Source of the DNA: a virus
Length of the DNA: 64,000 nucleotides
IMG/VR virus record: IMGVR_UViG_3300045988_118736
Reading direction: 5' to 3' (one strand)
The position numbers and the translations under genes are program-made. The notes below the pieces were generated by a model. The model was not told the DNA's origin. It made no database searches and was given only the letters and a program-made list of their open reading frames with translations. This document shows, piece after piece, positions 25,854 to 35,207 of this stretch; position 1 is the stretch's first letter; the number at the start of each line of letters is the position of its first letter.

Positions 25854-27554
25854 ATGACAACAATCATGTACGTGTCAGCTATCTTAGCTGTAGTGATTAT
25901 TTTAACAATCATCGGAGTCTTATCAAGGTATCGTAGATGTAAGCCTAATCAGGTCTTGGTTGTTTACGGTAAGACAGGTGGGGAAAAGAAGTCGGCGAAA
26001 TTATATCATGGTGGAGCGGCATTTGTCTTGCCTATTATTCAAAGCTATGATGTTTTGTCAATGGAGCCTATGCAAATAGATTGCAAGCTTACCGGTGCTT
26101 TGTCATCTCAGAATATTAGAGTAGATGTACCTACAACCATTACAGTAGCTATCAGTACAAATCCCGAAATCATGCAAAATGCGGCAGAAAGACTTTTGGG
26201 AATGGATACCGAATCTACTGAAAATCTTATTACGGACATCGTTTACGGTCAGATGCGTTTGATTATTGCCGAAATGACGATCGAAAAACTTAATTCTGAC
26301 AGGGATGAGTTTTTAGATAAGGCAAGAAAGAACATTGATAACGAGCTTAATAAGTTAGGTCTTTACCTCCTGAACATCAACATCAGTGACATTAGAGACG
26401 AAGCCGGTTATATTATGAACCTTGGTAAGGAAGCTGAAAGTAGGGCTCTGAACGAAGCACAGGCTAATATCGAAGAACAGGAGAAGCTGGGTGCTATTAA
26501 GATTGCTGTACAGCAGAAGGAGAAAGAAACGGCTGTAGCTAATACCAAAAAAGAACAAGAGATTCAAATTGCTTGTACTGAAAAAGAAAAGGAAACGATA
26601 GTAGCTGAAACGAAGAAAGAAAAAGAAATAGCTTTAGCTTTAACCGATAAAGAGAAACAGATCGGTGTAGCTCAAGCAGATAGAGACAGGGCTGCGGTTA
26701 TCGCAAAAACTTTAACCGACAAGGAATCGGCGATCGTAAGATCTAAGGCAGAACTTGAAGTAAATAAAGCCGAGGCTGAAAGGATGGAAGAAGTCGGAAA
26801 GAATAAGGCTGAAGCTGACAAGGAAGCAGCTATAGCAATACAAGACTCTGAAGCTCAGATTAAGAAGGCTGAGGCTGAGAAAAATGCGTCTATAGGATAC
26901 AACAATGCCCAGAAGGAGGTTGCTGTGTCAGTATCAGAACTACAGATCATCAAAGCTCAATCAGAGAAGAAGGCCGGAGAAGAAAAAGTTAAATCGGAAG
27001 CGGCTGTAAAAACAGCAAAAGAGCTTGCTGATAAAGAAGTGGAAGAAGCTAAAGCTAAGAAGGTTCAGGCTGCGCTTAAGGCTGAAAAGATTGTGCCGGC
27101 TGAAACCCAGAAGGAAGAGGCTATCTTGCAAGCTGATGCCGAGGCCGAGAAGATCAAACGCCGGGCTGAGGCTGAGGCCGCAGCACATTTGGCAAAAGCC
27201 GAGGCAGAGGCAAAAGCTATTCAGATGAAGCTGGAGGCAGAAGCCGAAGGTAAGAAAAAGTCGTTAATGGCAGAAGCCGACGGATTTAAGGCTATGGTGG
27301 AAGCAGCAGAATCCAATCCTCAGATCGCCATCCAGTACAAGATGGTTAATCAGTGGAAAGAAATTGCTGGAGAACAGGTTAAGGCATTTGAGCACATTAA
27401 CCTCGGAAATATCACGGTATTTGACGGCGGTCAGAACAGTACCGGTAATTTCCTTAACAATGTTGTCAAGACCGTCGCTCCGGCATTGGGAGTCATTGAT
27501 CAGCTTCCGATTGCAGATACTTTAAAGAAGCTAAAAGGAGATGACAAAAAATAA
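25854..27554 (+). CDS. flotillin-like SPFH/band-7 protein (566 aa)
   Basis: N-terminal TM, YRRCKPNQVLVVYGKTGG...GGAAFVLPIIQ SPFH core, long EA-repeat coiled coil as in FloT. Confidence 0.85.
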   Translation: MTTIMYVSAILAVVIILTIIGVLSRYRRCKPNQVLVVYGKTGGEKKSAKLYHGGAAFVLPIIQSYDVLSMEPMQIDCKLTGALSSQNIRVDVPTTITVAISTNPEIMQNAAERLLGMDTESTENLITDIVYGQMRLIIAEMTIEKLNSDRDEFLDKARKNIDNELNKLGLYLLNINISDIRDEAGYIMNLGKEAESRALNEAQANIEEQEKLGAIKIAVQQKEKETAVANTKKEQEIQIACTEKEKETIVAETKKEKEIALALTDKEKQIGVAQADRDRAAVIAKTLTDKESAIVRSKAELEVNKAEAERMEEVGKNKAEADKEAAIAIQDSEAQIKKAEAEKNASIGYNNAQKEVAVSVSELQIIKAQSEKKAGEEKVKSEAAVKTAKELADKEVEEAKAKKVQAALKAEKIVPAETQKEEAILQADAEAEKIKRRAEAEAAAHLAKAEAEAKAIQMKLEAEAEGKKKSLMAEADGFKAMVEAAESNPQIAIQYKMVNQWKEIAGEQVKAFEHINLGNITVFDGGQNSTGNFLNNVVKTVAPALGVIDQLPIADTLKKLKGDDKK

Positions 27555-27762
27555 ATACAATGGCCCAAGGTTACACTTGGGCCTAATTGAAGAAATAAAA
27601 GCAGCATTCATAGATTTCCTGCCGGCAGGGACAGTGATTTTAAGTGCTTTACTAATTACGATATTTTTAACATGGATTTTGGACAAGATTTAGAACCAGA
27701 AGAACTGAACAAGCATTATGATCAGTGTTATGGAATTGATTTTGAAACAGAAGAAGAGGAGG

Positions 27763-28077
27763 ATGAAGAGTATGACTGACGAGGAATTTGTATTGGATAA
27801 TAAGAAAAAGGTTGTTGTAAGAAAAAGAATATCTTATTTAAACAAAGGAGATAAAGTATGGATTGTGTCTTCCGACGGGTATCTGCTGCACACGGACGTA
27901 GTTAGAGCCGAACGCGGACGGTCTTATGTGGATATAGACGGGATTCTGTATTGGAAGCGAGGATTAGATGGTAAGCATCGTAATCGTAATAACTACATGC
28001 AGTTTGCCATGACACCAGAAGACGGTAAGAAGTATGTCGTATATTACCCGGAAGGATTTAAAGACAATGACTTATGA
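27763..28077 (+). CDS. hypothetical protein (104 aa; trimmed to ATG 27763)
   Basis: GAGGAGG RBS before ATG 27763. Confidence 0.5.
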   Translation: MKSMTDEEFVLDNKKKVVVRKRISYLNKGDKVWIVSSDGYLLHTDVVRAERGRSYVDIDGILYWKRGLDGKHRNRNNYMQFAMTPEDGKKYVVYYPEGFKDNDL

Positions 28078-29093
28078 TGGTCCCGGAAACACATTTGCTA
28101 TATAAGGAGTTTAATGGTGTGAAACGTCTTGCCATATCTTATTCCCAGATAGATACGTTTCTTACTTGTCCAATGAAATGGTATAAGACTTACGTAGAGG
28201 GTAAAAGGTCTACAGAAAAACAAGAAGCTACATCTTATGGTACGGTTATCCATAAAACACTGGAATACTTCTTTAAGAACGGAAGACAGCCTTCTGGTAA
28301 AGACCTTGGAGAAGCGATAAGTTACTATTCCTATCAAGAAGACATACCTTGGCAATCACCGGAAAATATGATGATAGCCATGAAACAATCTGGAGAACTT
28401 CTTGCTTGGATTGTGGATCTGTTTAAAAAAGACGGGAATAGGTTTATGATAGCTGATAGTGATCTTAATCCCTGCGAGAAACTTATCAGACACGGCGCCA
28501 TAGTTGGAGTCGAAGAAGATTTTGTGCTGCCGTACCGTCTTCCTAAGCCTGTTGATATAAATGGGACCGTTCATACTCATGTGTACATAGTAGGATCGGT
28601 AGACCTTCATCTGGCTATAAAAAGCAAGAACGTAGTTCACCATTATGTCATAGATTGGAAATCAGGGAATAAGGTTTTTGATTCTAAGAAGTTGGAAACG
28701 AATTTACAGCATCCTATATATTCATTTTACATCTATAGAAAATATGGTGGAGTTCTGCCAGATATGAACATCTATTTCTTTACCAGAACCAGGCAGTACC
28801 AAAAGGTTAAGGTAGATGAAGAGCGTAAAACAAAATCTATAGAAATGCTAAATGACACTTTGTCTAAAATGTATGATTTTGAAGATAATAGTGTAAAATC
28901 ATTTCAAGCGTACATCCAGGGAGCAGAAGGATCCAGGTATAGCAAGCGGCGTGCCACCCTAAGCCAGCCTGTTTCGCAAAACAAGCTACCCTGCCCGTCG
29001 GCGCTGTGTTATTATTGTGACTTTGGATTACATAACAAAAACGAATGCCCTTTCTCTTCAGATTGGGATCCGTCTAAAAAGATAAAACGATGA
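28074..29093 (+). CDS. Cas4/RecB-like PD-(D/E)XK nuclease with Fe-S cysteines (339 aa)
   Basis: N-terminal LTCPMKWY Cys plus C-terminal CPSALCYYC...ECPF; VIDWKSG (D.K) motif. Confidence 0.6.
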   Translation: MMVPETHLLYKEFNGVKRLAISYSQIDTFLTCPMKWYKTYVEGKRSTEKQEATSYGTVIHKTLEYFFKNGRQPSGKDLGEAISYYSYQEDIPWQSPENMMIAMKQSGELLAWIVDLFKKDGNRFMIADSDLNPCEKLIRHGAIVGVEEDFVLPYRLPKPVDINGTVHTHVYIVGSVDLHLAIKSKNVVHHYVIDWKSGNKVFDSKKLETNLQHPIYSFYIYRKYGGVLPDMNIYFFTRTRQYQKVKVDEERKTKSIEMLNDTLSKMYDFEDNSVKSFQAYIQGAEGSRYSKRRATLSQPVSQNKLPCPSALCYYCDFGLHNKNECPFSSDWDPSKKIKR

Positions 29094-29263
29094 AATACGA
29101 GGATGTTCAAAAGTTAAGAACGAAATACCGGCAAGATCCGGAAGTTATAAACGTAGAATACATGAGAGACGTTGCTGTAAGAAGCGGGAATTTTAAGAAA
29201 GCATTTGAGCTTCAGGAAAGACTGGAGGATATATGGTTTAACTACTTAAAGGGAGTCCAATGA
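29090..29263 (+). CDS. hypothetical protein (57 aa), missed by ORF track
   Basis: ATGA overlaps at both ends, no internal stops. Confidence 0.4.
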   Translation: MKYEDVQKLRTKYRQDPEVINVEYMRDVAVRSGNFKKAFELQERLEDIWFNYLKGVQ

Positions 29264-29583
29264 AAGAAGATCTAACATGTGGAGTGATGCTCCTTTTGTA
29301 TTTAGTTTTATTATACTTGCTCATGACAACTTTCATAAAAACATGTAGAGCAGTAGATCGTTATAAGATGAAGAAGAAAACTGACAAAATAAAAGTCGGT
29401 CAAAGATACGAATACGAAGGCTACTTCATGGATCCATTTGAAAGAGGCAAGCATGTGATTAAGATATTAGGCATAAAGGAAGGGTTCGCTCTGTACGAGT
29501 ACGAAAAAAGCCCAAGTTTATTATTTTCTATGGAGCTTGAAGATATTGTTGAAAAATATATTTTAATTACTGATATAAAATAA
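29260..29583 (+). CDS. hypothetical protein with N-terminal TM (107 aa)
   Basis: hydrophobic N-terminus. Confidence 0.45.
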   Translation: MKEDLTCGVMLLLYLVLLYLLMTTFIKTCRAVDRYKMKKKTDKIKVGQRYEYEGYFMDPFERGKHVIKILGIKEGFALYEYEKSPSLLFSMELEDIVEKYILITDIK

Positions 29584-29589
29584 GGGGTT

Positions 29590-29976
29590 ATGGAAAAGAA
29601 AGTCACAATCAAAGAAGGGATGGGTATTTTTTACAAAAATGCAGGGAAAGATATATGGGTCTATATTGGACTTTTTGGAAATAAAGTGCTATCCATTTTA
29701 AAAAACAAAGGTGTTATTGCATGCGAAAACGATGCTGAATATTGCGTGTTGATGGATGGAGAAGATCATTTTATAAGTATAGCAAAAGACATGAGTCACG
29801 ACTATTGTTGTGAGTACGTTGTAGAAAGAGCAGAAGCCTACAGAGACTACCCCTCCAAAGGTGCTACATGCAGTGTATGCCTGTTTGAAGATAATGAGAA
29901 TAAAGCAAGGGAGATGTTGAAAGAGGCGATAATAGAACTTTCAAAAAATAATATAATAGATTGTGATGGGCTTTGA
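29590..29976 (+). CDS. hypothetical protein (128 aa)
   Basis: ORF. Confidence 0.5.
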   Translation: MEKKVTIKEGMGIFYKNAGKDIWVYIGLFGNKVLSILKNKGVIACENDAEYCVLMDGEDHFISIAKDMSHDYCCEYVVERAEAYRDYPSKGATCSVCLFEDNENKAREMLKEAIIELSKNNIIDCDGL

Positions 29977-31387
29977 ACTTAGACCTTACCAGAAAGAGGC
30001 AGTAGATGCCGGGCTTAAGTTTCTTACAGGAAGATCTAAGAAGCCTGGCATAATCGTAGCTCCATGCGGATGTGGAAAGAGCCTTCTGATATCCAAGATA
30101 GCACATGAAATAAATAGACCGACATTAGTATTACAGCCCTCAAAAGAGATTCTGGAGCAGAATTATGCAAAGGCCGTATCATTCGGTTCTAAACCTACTA
30201 TATATTCTGCTTCATGTGGTATAAAGGAACTGTCGGCTATGACTTATGCTACACTTAAAAGCATAAAGAAAGACGTAGCAAGGTTGAAAGATATAGGGAT
30301 AGACACCTTATTGGTGGACGAATGCCACTCGGGGTATTCCCCGGAGGAAGGTTCTGAATTTATGGAGTTTATGAACGGGTTTCCAGAGGCGAAGGTGCTG
30401 GGCTTCACCGCCACTCCCTGCCGCCTCCGAACCTACAGTTCCATGCTGGAAGGGAACTATAGCAAGCTCAATATGCTGACGAAAGACGAGCATAACTTCT
30501 TCAAGAAAATAGTTCATGTGACTCAAATACAAGAACTAACTTCTCAAGGGTTTTGGTGTCCACTTAAGTACGAACGATGGTCGTTTGATGAATCGGCTCT
30601 GATGTTAAACAGTACCGGAGCCGAATACACCAACGAATCTATTAAAGAAAGTATTGTACGAAACGGCTTAAATAACTCTATCTACAAGCGCCTTCTTCAA
30701 CTTATGAACGAACGTAAAGCCATTTTGGTCTGTATGGATTCTATCGAATCATGTAATAGAATATCAGAGTTTATGAATGCCAGGATGGGAGCCATAACTG
30801 GTGTCGTAACATCGCTAACAACCAAAAAGAAAAGAGAGCAAATCATATCCGATTTCAAAGAAGGTAAGTTGAAGGTGGTTTTTAATTATTCAACGCTTGC
30901 TACCGGATTTGACTTTCCTGAACTTGATTGTGTGATGTTTGGTCGCCCAACGTTCTCATATTCAACATATTACCAAATATTAGGCCGAGCCGTCCGCATC
31001 CATCCTGACAAGAAAGAGGCGTTAATAGTTGATTGCTGCGACAACATGAGGCGTTTCGGTCGGATAGAAGACCTGACAATCGAGCAATTCCCTTCTAAGG
31101 GCTGGTGTATGTTTGCCGGCAATCAGCTTCTATCCAATATAAGGATGGGGGATATTATTACCAAAGACGAGATCCTTCGCCGGGCAGCCTCGCTTAAATC
31201 TGTGAATGGAGATGGTAGGAGAGAAGACGATCTTGACAGTATAATAATGTGGTTTGGAAAATATGAAGGAATTAGATTCAAGGACATACCGGTGTCGTAT
31301 TTTAGGTTCTTGGCTGAGAATATGACAGTAAAACCGGGAGATAGGAAAGAAAAGATTATCGAATATTATAATAGGATAAAGGCATGA
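29963..31387 (+). CDS. SF2 DNA helicase (DEAD/DEAH, type III restriction res-like), 474 aa
   Basis: motif I APCGCGKS, II DECH, III GFTATP, VI GRAVR. Confidence 0.85.
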   Translation: MMGFELRPYQKEAVDAGLKFLTGRSKKPGIIVAPCGCGKSLLISKIAHEINRPTLVLQPSKEILEQNYAKAVSFGSKPTIYSASCGIKELSAMTYATLKSIKKDVARLKDIGIDTLLVDECHSGYSPEEGSEFMEFMNGFPEAKVLGFTATPCRLRTYSSMLEGNYSKLNMLTKDEHNFFKKIVHVTQIQELTSQGFWCPLKYERWSFDESALMLNSTGAEYTNESIKESIVRNGLNNSIYKRLLQLMNERKAILVCMDSIESCNRISEFMNARMGAITGVVTSLTTKKKREQIISDFKEGKLKVVFNYSTLATGFDFPELDCVMFGRPTFSYSTYYQILGRAVRIHPDKKEALIVDCCDNMRRFGRIEDLTIEQFPSKGWCMFAGNQLLSNIRMGDIITKDEILRRAASLKSVNGDGRREDDLDSIIMWFGKYEGIRFKDIPVSYFRFLAENMTVKPGDRKEKIIEYYNRIKA

Positions 31388-31740
31388 ACAACAAGAGAAG
31401 AAAAAGAATATTAGATGTTATTAACAATGTAAATAAGTATAAAACAGATTTTGAATACATCAAATCAAAGTTATCGGAGTTAAAGCACAACATAAATTCA
31501 GCCAAAGATGATATTGATATGATTTTAGATGAAGAGACGGAGGCGAGAGATAATATACCGGAATCGTTACAAGACTCAGAAAGATATTGGGAATCAGATC
31601 GGGCTGTAACTGATATGGAGGAGGTGGTTGATGACATGGAAGGCATTATAAATGATATAGATGATGTGATTTCAACCATAGATGGGAGCATTAAAACCAT
31701 AAATGGTTCTATTAAAGTAAATTTGGAAGGAATAATATGA
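31384..31740 (+). CDS. highly acidic protein (118 aa), possible DNA mimic
   Basis: D/E-rich throughout; ATGA overlap with helicase. Confidence 0.45.
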   Translation: MNNKRRKRILDVINNVNKYKTDFEYIKSKLSELKHNINSAKDDIDMILDEETEARDNIPESLQDSERYWESDRAVTDMEEVVDDMEGIINDIDDVISTIDGSIKTINGSIKVNLEGII

Positions 31741-31774
31741 ACACATAAAAACACTATAAGTAAAATTTAACATA

Positions 31775-31838
31775 ATGCGCTTGTATTAAAGTTGCACAAT
31801 CTATATTTTTACGTCGTGTAATTTTAATACAAGCGTAT
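31775..31838. promoter_or_regulatory. long inverted repeat (23-bp arms, 13-bp perfect core CGCTTGTATTAAA / TTTAATACAAGCG, 18-bp spacer)
   Basis: read directly between 31384..31740 and 31861..32577; operator or large hairpin. Confidence 0.6.
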
Positions 31839-31860
31839 TTTATTAAATAATTTAAAAGGT

Positions 31861-32577
31861 ATGATTTCTAAAGACAGGTTATTGTATGGAGTGGTAATCA
31901 GACAGGACATTAAAACTTCCTTTATGTCATTAACTGGATTACAAGAGGCATATACAAGAAAAAGAGTGGAGATGGGGTGGAATGATAAGAGAATAGAAAA
32001 TATTCTTTCGAACAAGGAGAGTGCAGAAAGGATATTTTATATTCTTAAAAAACAGAAATACATAAAAAGTGAAACCTTGAAAGAGTTTATGGATATAGTG
32101 GAAAACAACTCTTTGATAAAAGTAATGAAGTGGTATAATGCCTATAAGACTACAGGAAGAGGAACAAACAGGAATGTCATGTGTGATCCCTACATATGGG
32201 TATTAGTCGCTATAGAATTAAATCCTATGCTGTATGCAGAAGTTACTGGATGGTTAAATGATAAACTTATTTTGGATAGAATAGAGATAGGAGATAAATA
32301 CAATACTCTTTCAAGGTCTGTATCAAAATTTGAAGATGTTGATTACATAGAAATGGCTGATAAATTAAACTGGATTGTATTCAATAAACATAAATATGTT
32401 TTAGATAACAGAGCAACCCAAGAGCAGTTAAAAGAACTTGAAACGCTTCAATCTAATCTTGCATTTTGTATAGAAATGGGAACCATATCCTCTTTTTCCG
32501 ATTTAATGAACATGATGAGATCTATATATGTAAAGAAATGGGGAGAAGAGACTGTAACCTCTAAAAAAGTAAAATAA
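31861..32577 (+). CDS. hypothetical protein, possible KilA-N-type DNA-binding N-terminus (238 aa)
   Basis: weak resemblance only (LYGVVIRQD...); preceded by long inverted repeat. Confidence 0.3.
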   Translation: MISKDRLLYGVVIRQDIKTSFMSLTGLQEAYTRKRVEMGWNDKRIENILSNKESAERIFYILKKQKYIKSETLKEFMDIVENNSLIKVMKWYNAYKTTGRGTNRNVMCDPYIWVLVAIELNPMLYAEVTGWLNDKLILDRIEIGDKYNTLSRSVSKFEDVDYIEMADKLNWIVFNKHKYVLDNRATQEQLKELETLQSNLAFCIEMGTISSFSDLMNMMRSIYVKKWGEETVTSKKVK

Positions 32578-32578
32578 T

Positions 32579-32866
32579 ATGGGAGTAAAAGAAATAAGAG
32601 AACTACTTAGACTCTACAATCTCGAACATAGTGTCGTCCAGAACAAAAGCTCTGGGCGCTATTCTATTATTCTTCACAATAACATCATAGGAACGAACGT
32701 AGATGGAGAGAAGGTAGTTGTATTCAGGACCATTCCGGAAGGAAGCAACACGTTCTCTATGGAACGAAATAGATTCTATGAGGAATTTGTAGAGGTTTTT
32801 GATGACGATAAGGCGATTGAAGCCGTAAGACAATATTTTGAGAATAACAGGAATGATAGAGTGTAA
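32579..32866 (+). CDS. hypothetical protein (95 aa)
   Basis: ORF. Confidence 0.5.
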   Translation: MGVKEIRELLRLYNLEHSVVQNKSSGRYSIILHNNIIGTNVDGEKVVVFRTIPEGSNTFSMERNRFYEEFVEVFDDDKAIEAVRQYFENNRNDRV

Positions 32867-32918
32867 GACGAAGATGGATTATATTACTATAGAAATGAGG
32901 TAAAACAACGATAAAACA

Positions 32919-33476
32919 ATGGAAAAGATGGATGATAACACTAAAAACGTCCTTTATCCAAAAGGATCTATTTTTCGCATATTAAAAGATGATATAATCA
33001 GTGCCGAATTTAAAATAGCCAAAGGAGCTATAGCGGAGGCAGTATCAGACATAGAAGTAAATGATAAATATGCTGAGGTTTGTTGTAATGGGGAGACGTT
33101 CGTCATAGAAACGGATATTATGGATATTATTCTTACCAAAGACCCCATAGGAAACAAATCGGTGAAAAATGACATCATTGATGATAAACTACGATGGGAT
33201 TTGCTTCCGATGGAAGAGATTGAGGATATTGTAAGAGTCTATCATGCCGGAGCCAAGAAGTACGGACCTAACAATTGGCAGAATCTTGACAATGGGTTTG
33301 AACGGTATAGATCGGCGATGTTTAGACACCTAATGGAATACATGAAAGGAGAAAGAATAGACTCAGATACAGGAGCTTTTCATCTTGCACAATGTGCATG
33401 GAATTGTATAGCTATGCTGTGGTATGATAAGCACGGGAAAGGATTAATACCATTAAATAAGGAGGAAAAGAAATGA
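32919..33476 (+). CDS. dATP/dGTP pyrophosphohydrolase-like domain protein (185 aa)
   Basis: YGPNNWQN...RHL...DSDTGAFHLAQCAWNCIAMLWY resembles phage dNTP diphosphohydrolase N-domain. Confidence 0.45.
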   Translation: MEKMDDNTKNVLYPKGSIFRILKDDIISAEFKIAKGAIAEAVSDIEVNDKYAEVCCNGETFVIETDIMDIILTKDPIGNKSVKNDIIDDKLRWDLLPMEEIEDIVRVYHAGAKKYGPNNWQNLDNGFERYRSAMFRHLMEYMKGERIDSDTGAFHLAQCAWNCIAMLWYDKHGKGLIPLNKEEKK

Positions 33477-33781
33477 CAAAAGAACAAATGATTCAACTGT
33501 TAGACACAGAGCTTGATGCAATGAACAAACATAGAAGTAATATTGAAAGAATTAAAAAGGAATATTTCGATTCTGTTTATGGATTCAAGAAGGGAGATAA
33601 AGTGAACGTTCTTTACAAACGTTCGAAAGTACCTCTTGTTGGTTTCTTCAAGAGCGTTCAAATCATGAGTACTGGAACAGTTATATTTACAATCCAGGAA
33701 GTTAATAAAGAAGGAAGACCTGGAAGAGGATCTTATTTGGTGTATGAAGGCGATTTGAGTGAAATCAAAAAAGTAGAATAA
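33473..33781 (+). CDS. hypothetical protein (102 aa)
   Basis: ATGA overlap. Confidence 0.5.
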   Translation: MTKEQMIQLLDTELDAMNKHRSNIERIKKEYFDSVYGFKKGDKVNVLYKRSKVPLVGFFKSVQIMSTGTVIFTIQEVNKEGRPGRGSYLVYEGDLSEIKKVE

Positions 33782-33782
33782 C

Positions 33783-34313
33783 ATGATCAGAGCAAGATTT
33801 TATATTAGAAAAGACGACTGTGACAATGATTACCGTCCAGTCAAATGGCCCATAAAATATCCGTATTGGTGTAGTGCAGAATCCAGTAATTCATTTGTAT
33901 TGGTGGCGTATGCTGAAGATGAAGACAGCATAAAAGAACTGTGGCCGGAAGCATATGATATTAATGTCTTAGAGAAAGATACCGAAATTAGATTCACATT
34001 AAGATTTCCTAAGCCGGAATGGTATGAATTGTACGAAAGGGAATTAGAAGAATGCGATAGATTTATATGGGTTACGGATGCGTGCCTGAGAGACGGTATA
34101 ATAAGAAAAGTAAAAGCTAAAATAGAAGAGTATGGTGGTCTTTTGTTAGCTGACATTCCTGACAGGTTCACTCCTTATGAAATAGGAAGGGATGCTTTTG
34201 AGAGCAAAGAAGAAGCTTTAAAACATGCAGAGGAACGGAGAGCGCACCTGATCGAATCTATTAAGAAACAATTGAATAAACTTGAAAATCTAAAATTTGA
34301 ATGCGATGATTAA
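33783..34313 (+). CDS. hypothetical protein (176 aa)
   Basis: ORF. Confidence 0.5.
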   Translation: MIRARFYIRKDDCDNDYRPVKWPIKYPYWCSAESSNSFVLVAYAEDEDSIKELWPEAYDINVLEKDTEIRFTLRFPKPEWYELYERELEECDRFIWVTDACLRDGIIRKVKAKIEEYGGLLLADIPDRFTPYEIGRDAFESKEEALKHAEERRAHLIESIKKQLNKLENLKFECDD

Positions 34314-35019
34314 TTACGCAGCAAAAGCCAGAAAAGCTTATTTGATAAATAATTTCGATAAGATTCTTAACAGTCTTAACACGCTTCATTCAACGGTTGA
34401 GACCATGACATTGTTCGTAAACGACCAGGCTTATAATTACATTCTTAAGCTAAAGGAGGTAATTAAAACCAGTCCTATGTATAAGCACAATATCAAGCGT
34501 CTTTTAAATGACATGGACAAAGAGATAAAGAGGTACAATGCTTCTATCTACTACATAAATAAAGAGCGTAGTGAGGTTATAGCTGATATAACACAAGCGA
34601 TGGAAGATTGCCTCATGCCATACATAGACGACCTGGCCGGCGCTATAAGGGCAGCCGTGTGGTCGAAGGGCGTGTCCGAGGAGCGGACGGAGGTGGCGGT
34701 ACTGTCCCTAATCGTATCCTCCTTGGCCACGACATCAGGCAGACTTATTTCAGGTGGATATCAGATTATGAAAGAAATGGGTGGAGGCTGGGGTGGTAAT
34801 CCATTTACGTTTATGAGCATTGATAAGATAAGACACTTATCTACATCATTATCTGATGCTATTACCGGTGGAGAGATTGCTCTTGAAGAAAAAGAAGCCA
34901 ATGACATAACTAAGGCAATGGATGTTTTTATTGAGAAAATGTCTGATTCGGATATTGTTGACAAGGTGATCAGCATACTCGAAGAAGCAGAATCTAAAAA
35001 CAAGGAGGAGCGATCATGA
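34297..35019 (+). CDS. hypothetical protein (240 aa)
   Basis: ORF; internal GC-rich codon patch. Confidence 0.5.
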   Translation: MNAMINYAAKARKAYLINNFDKILNSLNTLHSTVETMTLFVNDQAYNYILKLKEVIKTSPMYKHNIKRLLNDMDKEIKRYNASIYYINKERSEVIADITQAMEDCLMPYIDDLAGAIRAAVWSKGVSEERTEVAVLSLIVSSLATTSGRLISGGYQIMKEMGGGWGGNPFTFMSIDKIRHLSTSLSDAITGGEIALEEKEANDITKAMDVFIEKMSDSDIVDKVISILEEAESKNKEERS

Positions 35020-35207
35020 ATTATTTGGATGGGTATGTAGAGGAGATTCTTTCTGAGCCGTACTATGATGATTATGGCTCTGGGATTTTTAGGTGGTGGG
35101 TGAAAGTATCTTACGTTTGTTATGGCATAGGAGCTGTCACTACCTTAATGTTTGATACGAGAGAAGAAGCTGAGGCTGTAAAACCAGGTTACAAATTTTT
35201 ATGTTGA
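35016..35207 (+). CDS. hypothetical protein (63 aa)
   Basis: ATGA overlap. Confidence 0.4.
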   Translation: MNYLDGYVEEILSEPYYDDYGSGIFRWWVKVSYVCYGIGAVTTLMFDTREEAEAVKPGYKFLC

